From Candidatus Xenobia bacterium (GTDB lineage: Bacteria > Vulcanimicrobiota > CADAWZ01), in the NCBI GenBank assembly GCA_031551355.1, contig JAVBNT010000038.1, forward strand, positions 4,126 to 68,125: a stretch of DNA of 64,000 bases. The letters are read 5' to 3'. Below the pieces are notes generated by a model. That model was not told the DNA's origin and did no database searches. It saw only the letters and a program-made list of their open reading frames with translations. The position numbers were made by a program, and so were the translations under genes. Shown piece by piece: positions 45,412-53,437 of this stretch (the stretch's first letter is position 1; each line of letters begins with the position of its first letter).

Positions 45412-48212
45412 TGGAGTTAAATATATTGCTTAATGGTAAGAAAATGTCGCTTGAAGCTCAGCCTCTGGATAAGCTTTCAACGATACTTCACAACAAAGGA
45501 CTTCTTTCCATCAGGACTAACTGCGACGGGCAGGGTACCTGTGGAGCATGCAGTGTTATTATCAACGGCGTTAAAAAGAATTCATGTCAGATAATTGCCG
45601 GCCAAATTGAAGACGGAACCGAGATTTTGACGGCCGAAGGCCTGACGAAAGGGCGTGAGCTTCACCCGATTCAGAACGCATTTCTTGAAGCCGGTGTAGT
45701 TCAGTGCGGCCATTGTACACCCGGTATGATGCTTGCCGTTAAAGAACTTTTGGACCACCATCCGGATCCTACACCGGAACAGATGGAGGATTTTCTCTCC
45801 GGTAACATCTGCCGGTGTACCGGTTATAAACAGTTTTTTGATGTGCTTAAAATTCTTAAACAGCAGAGATCTTCAAACAGTCCGCAGTTTCGTGAAGACC
45901 TGAAAATAGTCGGAAAACCAATGCAAAAGATTGACGGGCCAAGACTTGTAAAGGCTGCGAAATCGTATGTTGACGATATGGTTACCCCGGGAACTCTGAT
46001 AATAAAGGTTCTGAAGAGTCCTCATGCCCATGCCAGAATACGTTCAATTGATGCTTCAAAGGCGGAAGCGCTTGACGGCGTTGCTCTTGTTGTTACACAT
46101 AAGAATGGGCCGTCAGTTCCGTATAATACTGCCGGTCAGGGATTCCCTGAGCCGTCTCCGTATGACTTCAGGCTGGTTGATTCCGTGATGCGCTATCTTG
46201 GTGACAGAGTTGCCATTGTGGCCGCTGAAACGGAAGAAATAGCCGAAAAGGCAATGGAACTTATTGAGGTCGATTATGAAGTTTTGCCGGCAATCTTTGA
46301 CCCATGGGAAGCAAGTAAGGGAGAGGTCCTGATTCAGGACAGGGATATCTCCGTGGATCCTCTGCATATCGGCCAGGATCCGAAAACGAACCGTGCCGCC
46401 CATAATTCCGGCGGCATAGGTGACCTTGAAAAAGGATTCGCTGAGGCTGATATTATTGTTGAAAGGGATTACGGCTCTTCTAAAGTTCAGTGTACTCCGA
46501 TGGAAACCCACAGATGTTTTGCCTATATAGAAAATGAACGTTTGGTTATCAGGGCTTCAACACAGGTTCCCTGGCATCTGCGCCGTATTGTGGCAAAAGT
46601 TCTTGGGATAAAAGAGAATCAGATCCATGTCATCAAGGAGCGCGTCGGCGGCGGTTACGGTGCCAAACAGGATATTGTAATGGAAGATATCGTCGCATGG
46701 GTTACCTGGCAGACAGGGCGTCCTTCATATTACAAGATGACGAGGGAAGAAGAGTTTGTTAATACGAGAATCAGGCACCCTATGTACTTTACCGTTAGAG
46801 TCGGAGCCAAAAAAGACGGAACTTTGACGGCTATCGATATCAAGGAAATATCCGATACCGGGCCTTACGGTGTCCATTGCCTTACGGTGCCCATGAACGC
46901 ATGCTCAAAGTCACTGCCTTTGTATAAATGCGATAATATGCACTATGATGTTTCGACATACTATACCAACAATGTTATTTCCGGCGCGTATCAGGGATAT
47001 GGCGCTCCCCAGGGAAGTTTTGCTCTGGGAATGGCTATCGCCGAGATTGCTGAAAAGCTTAATATTGATCTGCTTGATTTTATTAAGAAAAATATGGTTG
47101 AAAAAGGATTCAAGCTTGAAATCTTAAAATCCCTTGGCGAAGGTCAGGAGGGGATTGCTCAAGTGATCAGTTCCTGCGGTCTGAAAGAATGCCTCGACAG
47201 AGGTGCCAAACTGATTGGCTGGGATAAGCCGCTTGTCTCCGATAAGGAGTATCTGAAAAAGGGCAGGGGAGCTGTAATTATCCAGCAGGGTTCCGGTCTT
47301 CCGGGTATAGATTCCGCCAATGCCGAGATAAAAATGCTTGGTGACGGCACGTTTATGATTTTAATGGGCGGCACTGATCTCGGCACCGGTCTTGATACCC
47401 TTGCCGTAAAGGTTTCCGCCGAAACTCTTTGTGTAGATCCTAAGTCATTCTCACTGCTTTCATCCGATACGGATGTGACTCCGTTTGATGTCGGAGCATA
47501 CGCTTCTTCGGGTACTTATTTCAGCGGAATGGCTGTTTGCCGTGCTGCAAGTGATATGAAGGAAAGGATACTGAGCTCGGCAGCCGAGCTTTTAAAGTGT
47601 GATAAATCCGTTTTGAAACTGGAATTTTCCGGTCGTATAACAGGAGGTCCCCGGGAAGTTACTTTCCCGGAGATAGCAGCTTTCACCCAGTCTGGAAACG
47701 GAATCGGACAGATTATCTCCAAAGGCAATTTTACGACTGAGGAGGCCCCTATTCCTTACGGAGCACATTTTGCCGAAGTTACCGTTGATGTACGCACAGG
47801 TGTTGTTACTGTCGATAAATATTATGCCGTTCAGGAATGCGGTACTCCGATTAATCCGGAACTTGCCGTCGGTCAGGTTTACGGCGGGGTCGTAAAATCA
47901 ATAGGACATTCTATATTCGAAGAAATGAAGTTCGATTCCAAGGGTGCATGTCTGAATCCCGATTTTATGGATTATAAAATCCCGATGATCAGGGATTTGC
48001 CTAAGGAGTTCAAATGTGAGCTGATACAGGTTGACGATCATCTGGGACCTTACGGCGCGAAATCTGTATCCGAGATCAGCACTAACGGCGCGTCGGCTGT
48101 AATTGGAATTGCCATCTACAAGGCTACAGGGGTATGGATGTGCGACTGGCCGTTTACTGCCGAGCATGTATATAAGGCTCTCGCGGATGCCGGTAAAGCC
48201 GCGGTCTGTTAA
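45411..48212 (+). CDS. Fused [2Fe-2S] plus molybdopterin-binding subunit of a xanthine dehydrogenase / aldehyde oxidase family enzyme
   Basis: 'CDGQGTCGACSVIINGVKKNSCQ' and 'QCGHCTPGMM' are the two 2Fe-2S sites. The large MoCo-binding domain has 'RVGGGYGAK'. ATG 45411 follows AAGGAGG. Confidence 0.85.
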   Translation: MELNILLNGKKMSLEAQPLDKLSTILHNKGLLSIRTNCDGQGTCGACSVIINGVKKNSCQIIAGQIEDGTEILTAEGLTKGRELHPIQNAFLEAGVVQCGHCTPGMMLAVKELLDHHPDPTPEQMEDFLSGNICRCTGYKQFFDVLKILKQQRSSNSPQFREDLKIVGKPMQKIDGPRLVKAAKSYVDDMVTPGTLIIKVLKSPHAHARIRSIDASKAEALDGVALVVTHKNGPSVPYNTAGQGFPEPSPYDFRLVDSVMRYLGDRVAIVAAETEEIAEKAMELIEVDYEVLPAIFDPWEASKGEVLIQDRDISVDPLHIGQDPKTNRAAHNSGGIGDLEKGFAEADIIVERDYGSSKVQCTPMETHRCFAYIENERLVIRASTQVPWHLRRIVAKVLGIKENQIHVIKERVGGGYGAKQDIVMEDIVAWVTWQTGRPSYYKMTREEEFVNTRIRHPMYFTVRVGAKKDGTLTAIDIKEISDTGPYGVHCLTVPMNACSKSLPLYKCDNMHYDVSTYYTNNVISGAYQGYGAPQGSFALGMAIAEIAEKLNIDLLDFIKKNMVEKGFKLEILKSLGEGQEGIAQVISSCGLKECLDRGAKLIGWDKPLVSDKEYLKKGRGAVIIQQGSGLPGIDSANAEIKMLGDGTFMILMGGTDLGTGLDTLAVKVSAETLCVDPKSFSLLSSDTDVTPFDVGAYASSGTYFSGMAVCRAASDMKERILSSAAELLKCDKSVLKLEFSGRITGGPREVTFPEIAAFTQSGNGIGQIISKGNFTTEEAPIPYGAHFAEVTVDVRTGVVTVDKYYAVQECGTPINPELAVGQVYGGVVKSIGHSIFEEMKFDSKGACLNPDFMDYKIPMIRDLPKEFKCELIQVDDHLGPYGAKSVSEISTNGASAVIGIAIYKATGVWMCDWPFTAEHVYKALADAGKAAVC

Positions 48213-48234
48213 TTAACGATTTTTGGAGTTGGGG

Positions 48235-48284
48235 CGTCTTGTTAGGAACAAACGGGGCGCCCCATTTGCTCCTAACAAGACGCT
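48235..48284. other. Long near-perfect palindrome (19-bp arms) between convergent genes. Candidate bidirectional terminator or REP-like site, with no U-tract.
   Basis: 'GCGTCTTGTTAGGAACAAA' + 'CGGGGCGCCCCAT' + 'TTGCTCCTAACAAGACGC'. Confidence 0.4.
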
Positions 48285-48431
48285 GTAGGCAAGGAGAACA
48301 ATGATTCTCTGTGAAATACATCCTTGGATTACTGTGAGAATCCTTTTTTGAGTAAAGTTGCTCTAATATATGTATTTGCAAAATATAGTTGCCAATCAAT
48401 AAAAAAAGCCGCTTAATGCGGCTTTTGTGGT

Positions 48432-49361
48432 TTATGCTTTTGGCGTTTCCGGTTTCGGAGGCTTTGGCGTCGGCTTCGGCGGTTTATGCTGTCCGGCTTC
48501 TTTGGCTTCTTTTACCAGTCTCGACTTTTCAATGACAGCTCCGGCTATTCCACCGGCTACGGCTCCGAGAGCGACTCCTATGAGTCCGCCGATTACAGTA
48601 TAGCCGACTACATTAACTCCGTTATCAAACTCTACCCTGGGTTTGTCATAATATCCCATATTGGTTTTCGTCAATGTCGGACTATATTTATGGTTGTAAC
48701 CTTTGAGCTCTTCGTTTAAGGTTACGTCTCCTTTGGCGTTTAGATCTTTGATGTCGGCTCCGCCGGTAATGGTTTTCAAAGTCGTCGTAACCGGTTTTAC
48801 TTCTTCGGAATATCCGCTTAGTGTATTTTGAACTATCGGCACTGACTCCTGCAGCACTTTCGGTTCGCCATAATTTTTGTAGGTGGCGCTTACTTCTCTC
48901 ATCAGAACTTTTCCGTCCTGCATGACGGGATTGTTTTCGATGACATCCTGCATAAGCTCAGGATGAGGCGATTGATCCGCCAGACCAATGCTGAAATATC
49001 CGGTCGGTATTTTACCAAGATTTTCCGGCTGCAATACCGGTTCCTGCCATGTTATTGTCTGCTCACCGATTTCATTGGAGGTTATTATTTTACGCTCTGC
49101 CAGGCTTTTTCCGTAAAGAGCTCCGCCGACTCCGCCGACGGCACCGCCGATGACAGCACCGAACCCTATGGATTGCTTGCCTCTTTCACTTAAAGGCAAG
49201 AGTGCGGTCATTTTTTTGTAATCACTGTTTGCCGGAGACCTTTCAACTTTATCTTCGGTATTCAACTGAGGGTTTTGCTGTTCTGCCTCAGCTTCTGTTT
49301 TTATGCCGGCCCTTCCGCTTAGAATTGCCGCTGCCGTTAAATTATTTCCTATTGAATTCAT
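48432..49361 (-). CDS. Paralog-family member P5: conserved N-terminal motif, two glycine-zipper TMs, and a Pro/Lys-rich C-terminal tail
   Basis: N-terminus 'MNSIGNNLTAAAILSG'. 'FGAVIGGAVGGVGGALYG' and 'VIGGLIGVALGAVAGGIAGAVI' are the zippers. Central 'WQEPVLQ...NPVMQDGKVLM'. Tail 'KPPKPTPKPPKPETPKA'. RBS GGGAGG sits 14 nt after the P4 stop. Confidence 0.6.
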   Translation of the reverse strand: MNSIGNNLTAAAILSGRAGIKTEAEAEQQNPQLNTEDKVERSPANSDYKKMTALLPLSERGKQSIGFGAVIGGAVGGVGGALYGKSLAERKIITSNEIGEQTITWQEPVLQPENLGKIPTGYFSIGLADQSPHPELMQDVIENNPVMQDGKVLMREVSATYKNYGEPKVLQESVPIVQNTLSGYSEEVKPVTTTLKTITGGADIKDLNAKGDVTLNEELKGYNHKYSPTLTKTNMGYYDKPRVEFDNGVNVVGYTVIGGLIGVALGAVAGGIAGAVIEKSRLVKEAKEAGQHKPPKPTPKPPKPETPKA

Positions 49362-49375
49362 ATCTTGGCCTCCCG

Positions 49376-51190
49376 TTATTGCTGCTGCTGCTGCGCTTCG
49401 TTTTCCTGCGCGCCCTGATTTTGTAATATGGCAAGTACGCCTTCAGCCATTACTGCCGTTAAATTGTCTTTCGCCATCTCAATTTGTTCAGAGATGAATT
49501 TGTCCTTGTTTTCTTTGCCCTTTATGTCTTTAAGCGGCTTTTTCAGCTCATTATAGACGGCACTGCTGATATTTTTTCTGAGTGCGTCAATTTCTTTCTG
49601 TTTTGTATTTAATTCTGCCAGACTCTGCGTCGACAAATCCTGATAAAACGCCGCTTTTTGTTCGTCAGTCATGCCCGCAAGCTGCGGTTCGATTTGTCTG
49701 AAAGCGTTGGCACACATGAAGTTGTTAATATCTTCTGTAGATGGGCCAAGTTGCTGCATTTTCTGGTCAAGATTTTTTGACTGGGTAATATCTTTGGCTA
49801 TTTTGGCAAACTTTACTCCACCGGCAACGGCGGAAACTACCAATGTCGCCGCTGCTCCTATCGGACCGAGAAGAGCTCCGCCGGCAACGGCCAACGGAAT
49901 GGCTCCGAGTGCTCCCGTAAGAGCTCCGACTGTCGTTAAGCCTTTTTCAACGCCAAGTTTATCAAGAACAAAGTCACTTACTTTGCCGGTTAACGGTTTT
50001 ATAAATTTTTGCACATCTGCGGTTAAGTTACGTATCGCCTGCTGGATTTTTGGCCCGGCTAACGCTCCTGCCACTGATGCCCCTGCTCCGATGACTGCTC
50101 CGGTAGCGATGCCTGCCGGTCCGGCAAATGAACCGGACACGGCTCCCAGGGCTGCGCCGGTAGCGGCAGATAAAGCTATTTTTTTAGCTTTGGATTCCAT
50201 ACGGGCACCGACTGCTCCGCCTATTGAAGCGGAAAGGTTTACCGCCGGTCCGCCGATTCCCGTAAAGGCTGTCGTTAGCATACCTGCCGTGAAGCCCCCG
50301 AAAGATCCGTCTCTTGTTTCTGCACGGCTGCTTCCTGATATTGTTGCCGTTGCTCCCGTCAGTCCGCCCATTAGAGCTGTCGAACCAAGTGCCAATCCTG
50401 CCGCGGCCGGGTTGGCAGATGTTGCTATCGCGGCAACGGCTCCGGCAACGGCTCCGCCTCCGGCGGCAAGCGTTGCTGTCAGTAACGACATTTTTGCCGT
50501 TTCTTTTGTTGTCGCGTTTTCAGAAAGTTTATCAGCGAAAGAAGAACCGGTCATGCCCCCGATTGCGCCGACTACTGCGCCTGCGATTGCCGTCACCGGA
50601 CCGCCGATTGCGCCCATGGCCGCACCTGTAGCGGCTCCTGCCGCTATCGGGGCCATTTTTTTGATAATGGATTTTGTTTTTGACAGTTCAACCGGTTTTC
50701 CCGATTCGTCTGTTTTTTGAATTTTTGAGTTCTGCAGTTTTTCTATCAGGGTTCCGGTTGCGCCGGCAACGGCTCCTGCTGCCGCCATTATTCCGATGGA
50801 AGCGAGTCCGGCTGCTCCTCCGGCGAGAGATGACGTGATTGCCGTGCTTGTAAGCAAGGCACCTGCTCCGACGGTAGAACCTGCAAGCAGCGCTTTGGTC
50901 ATGGAGCCTGTTTCTTCTCCAACCGAGACTCCGGCAAATCCAGCTCCGGCACCGGCTACTGCTCCGGGAATTCCTAAAGAGAAAAAGCCTTTTAGCGCCC
51001 CGCCCGTAGCAGCTGATTTTGGTGACGAGTAGGGCATATCGCCTGTTGTCTCAGGCCTGGGTTCAAAGTAATCGGCAATTTTCTGCAACGCGGAAGAAGA
51101 TTCTTTTGTCTCCACATTAACAACAGCCGCTTCCGGTTTAACCGAAGGTTGCTGCAGGGGTATATTGTTTGCATTACTTACAGAATTCAT
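49376..51190 (-). CDS. Paralog-family member P4: 604-aa Gly/Ala-rich multi-glycine-zipper protein with a C-terminal coiled-coil region
   Basis: Shares the N-terminus 'MNSVSNANNI'. More than 300 aa of GxxxG/AxxxA-type hydrophobic repeats. The C-terminus 'KQKEIDALRKN...QQQQQ'. The large plus-strand ORF at 49671..50720 is its mirror image. Confidence 0.6.
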   Translation of the reverse strand: MNSVSNANNIPLQQPSVKPEAAVVNVETKESSSALQKIADYFEPRPETTGDMPYSSPKSAATGGALKGFFSLGIPGAVAGAGAGFAGVSVGEETGSMTKALLAGSTVGAGALLTSTAITSSLAGGAAGLASIGIMAAAGAVAGATGTLIEKLQNSKIQKTDESGKPVELSKTKSIIKKMAPIAAGAATGAAMGAIGGPVTAIAGAVVGAIGGMTGSSFADKLSENATTKETAKMSLLTATLAAGGGAVAGAVAAIATSANPAAAGLALGSTALMGGLTGATATISGSSRAETRDGSFGGFTAGMLTTAFTGIGGPAVNLSASIGGAVGARMESKAKKIALSAATGAALGAVSGSFAGPAGIATGAVIGAGASVAGALAGPKIQQAIRNLTADVQKFIKPLTGKVSDFVLDKLGVEKGLTTVGALTGALGAIPLAVAGGALLGPIGAAATLVVSAVAGGVKFAKIAKDITQSKNLDQKMQQLGPSTEDINNFMCANAFRQIEPQLAGMTDEQKAAFYQDLSTQSLAELNTKQKEIDALRKNISSAVYNELKKPLKDIKGKENKDKFISEQIEMAKDNLTAVMAEGVLAILQNQGAQENEAQQQQQ

Positions 51191-51349
51191 AAATGATATA
51201 ACCTTTTATGCCACAGTACATTTTAATACTTATTGATATTATAACAAAGATCCTGATCGGTAGCCATTTTCTTTGTGTTAAATAATTATGAACACTTCAC
51301 TATCTTTAATTGTAAATCGGCTATTTGACGACATAATTTGTTAAGAATA

Positions 51350-51380
51350 TAAAAAACTGCCTTTTGATGGCAGTTTTTTA
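51350..51380. terminator. Hairpin flanked by A and T runs on both strands. It terminates P3 (minus strand) and may be bidirectional.
   Basis: 'AAAAAACTGCC-TTTTGAT-GGCAGTTTTTTA'. Confidence 0.5.
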
Positions 51381-51403
51381 TATAAGTCAATTATTTGTTT
51401 TTA

Positions 51404-52234
51404 TCAGCTGGTTGCTTTGGCAATTGCCGCCCCGGCAATACCGCCCGCCAAAGCGCCGATGCCTGCTCCGGCAAGAACACCGAGAGCTGTGTTGAGTGTG
51501 ATATTTACACCGGTTTCAAACCTTACTTTAGGAGTTTGAAATTCTCCCACTTTAATTCTCTCTATGTCCGGATAAAAGTCATGATCGTAACCTACAACTC
51601 TTTCATGGGTAGAATAAACGTCATTTCCGTCTTCATCCTTGCCTTCGTATACCTGATATGTCTCAATATCCTCACGTATGGACTCGCTGTATCCGTTCAG
51701 TTTTTTCTGCTCAATGTTATTTGTATTCCAGCTGACTTCCGGTGTTCCGTAGTTGGCATATTCCTTGGAGACATTCTGCATCACCGGTTTGCCGTTCTGC
51801 ATTACCGGGTTGTCTCTGGTTACATCCGTTGTACCATGACCGTAGCTTATCCAGTTGGAATATCTTGACGAGCTGTAGAAATCCGAGGGAATTTCTCCGA
51901 GAACTTCTTTTTGCATGACCGGTTCCTGCCAGTCAAGCGTTATTGTGTTAAAGTCGTTTGTGGCCTTAATGGTGTTCATCGACATATTATAAGCTACGAT
52001 GCCGCCGGCAATACCTCCGGCTACTCCGCCGATGGCAGCGCCTTTTATCGCCCAGTCTTTTGCTTTTTCATCAAGTTTGAGAAAGTCGGGTTTTTTAAAG
52101 TCTTTGGCAGGTGAACTTTTCTCAAATGCATCGGCTGTTTCGGCAGACAATTCTGACGATGTTGCTTTGATATTTTGTGCCTGAGTGTTTTTTAATATTG
52201 CACTGGCTGTGATATTTGAAGAGATACCGTTCAT
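51404..52234 (-). CDS. Paralog-family member P3
   Basis: 'MNGISSNITASAILKN', first zipper 'GAAIGGVAGGIAGGIVAYNMS', central 'WQEPVMQ...NPVMQNGKPVMQNVS...YGTPEVSW', C-terminal zipper 'LGVLAGAGIGALAGGIAGAAIAKA'. RBS GGAGGT sits 36 nt after the P2 stop. Confidence 0.6.
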   Translation of the reverse strand: MNGISSNITASAILKNTQAQNIKATSSELSAETADAFEKSSPAKDFKKPDFLKLDEKAKDWAIKGAAIGGVAGGIAGGIVAYNMSMNTIKATNDFNTITLDWQEPVMQKEVLGEIPSDFYSSSRYSNWISYGHGTTDVTRDNPVMQNGKPVMQNVSKEYANYGTPEVSWNTNNIEQKKLNGYSESIREDIETYQVYEGKDEDGNDVYSTHERVVGYDHDFYPDIERIKVGEFQTPKVRFETGVNITLNTALGVLAGAGIGALAGGIAGAAIAKATS

Positions 52235-52270
52235 GAGTGCTGACCTCCGTTTTCTATTTGAGCGGTTATT

Positions 52271-53074
52271 TTAATTGTTTATGGCTTTTGCTATTGCCGC
52301 TCCGGCAATGCCGCCGGCCAAAGCGCCGATTCCTGCTCCGGCCAAAACTCCGAGAGCAGTATTGAGCGTTACGTTTACAGCCGGTTTGAAACTGACGTTG
52401 GGAACCTGATAGCTTCCTATTTTAGTCGATTCTATATTGGGCTGGAATTTGTGTTCAAATCCCTTTATTCTTTCATAAGTGCTGCCGTTTTTTTGATACT
52501 GCTCGACATCGGGACTTGTTGAGTGGCTGTATCCGCTCAGTTTTTCCTGGGAAATATCTTTTGTTTCCCATTTTACTACCGGCGTTCCATAGTCGGAATA
52601 TGTGGCAGAGATATTTTTCATCAAAGGAGCACCGTTTTCCTGGACGGGATTATTTCCGTAAATATCTGTTGTTCCCGCGCCTGATTTTGCCCAGTCGGCT
52701 TTGCTGGAGGAATTGTAGAAATCTGCCGGTATATTGCCTAATTTTTCATTTTGCATCTCCGGTTGCTGCCAGTCTACGCTGACGGTGTTGAATTCATTTT
52801 TTTCCTTAAGTGCTGCAGATGACAGGTTATGGGCGACAATGCCGCCGGCAATACCGCCGGCGACTCCGCCGATGGAAGCCCCTATTGCGGCACCTTTTTT
52901 TGTGCTTTCGCTCATTTTAAGAAAGTCCGACTTTTTTAACTCTGAAGAGTCGGAGGCTTTTTCTACGGTATCTTTTGTATTTATAGCCGCACAGTCGTTT
53001 TTTTCTGCTGTTTTTTTCGTTTCGGCACTTTTTAATATTGAGCTTGCGGTAATTCCTGAAGATATGCTATTCAT
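52271..53074 (-). CDS. Paralog-family member P2
   Basis: 'MNSISSGITASSILKS'. Same two-zipper architecture. The 5' 45 nt are nearly identical to P1 at the DNA level. Confidence 0.6.
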   Translation of the reverse strand: MNSISSGITASSILKSAETKKTAEKNDCAAINTKDTVEKASDSSELKKSDFLKMSESTKKGAAIGASIGGVAGGIAGGIVAHNLSSAALKEKNEFNTVSVDWQQPEMQNEKLGNIPADFYNSSSKADWAKSGAGTTDIYGNNPVQENGAPLMKNISATYSDYGTPVVKWETKDISQEKLSGYSHSTSPDVEQYQKNGSTYERIKGFEHKFQPNIESTKIGSYQVPNVSFKPAVNVTLNTALGVLAGAGIGALAGGIAGAAIAKAINN

Positions 53075-53203
53075 TTTTAATCTCCTTGGTTTTAAGGCAA
53101 TAAACTACCATTTTAAATAATTTTTAATATATTATACCATACTGTTTTTTTACAGGTAAGTCTTTTTGGGTTAAAAAAGTATTAACAGATATACAAAAAG
53201 AGG

Positions 53204-53245
53204 CTGTCGCGCTAAATGGGTAGAAAGACCCGCTTAGCACGACAG
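53204..53245 (-). repeat. Hairpin repeat family A copy. Read on the minus strand it is followed by a U-run, so it is a likely terminator of P1.
   Basis: The minus-strand sequence is 'CTGTCGTGCTAAGCGGGTCTTTCTACCCATTTAGCGCGACAG' then 'CCTCTTTTTGTAT'. About 85% identical to 16641..16684. Confidence 0.5.
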
Positions 53246-53380
53246 AAAAAGATTGAAAATGCTTTGCTCCGTCATTTTTTGCTGTTATTTATCTTCATTT
53301 CTCATCCTTTCTAATGGTATTTGTCCGGCACATGCCGGGATTAGGCGCCTGCGGGCGCGAAGCTTTTATCATGTAAAAAG

Positions 53381-53404
53381 GGCCGCCGTTAGCACGACAG
53401 CCCT
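53381..53404 (-). repeat. Hairpin repeat family A' copy inside a larger 14-bp-stem palindrome
   Basis: The minus-strand sequence 'GGGCTGTCGTGCTAACGGCGGCCC' matches 16478..16501 except for one or two nt. It is flanked by 'CATGTAAAAAGGGC' and 'GCCCTCTTTACATG'. Confidence 0.4.
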
Positions 53405-53437
53405 CTTTACATGATAAATAATATGTGTCTGTTATTT

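Noticed and set aside
49671-50720. 349-aa plus-strand ORF, plus others at 50314..50631, 50796..51032, 53937..54296 and 52734..53120
   Set aside because: These are antisense shadows of the GC-rich Gly/Ala-encoding regions of the P-family genes. They yield Ala/Pro/Arg-rich pseudo-proteins. There is no RBS and they sit entirely inside better-supported genes.
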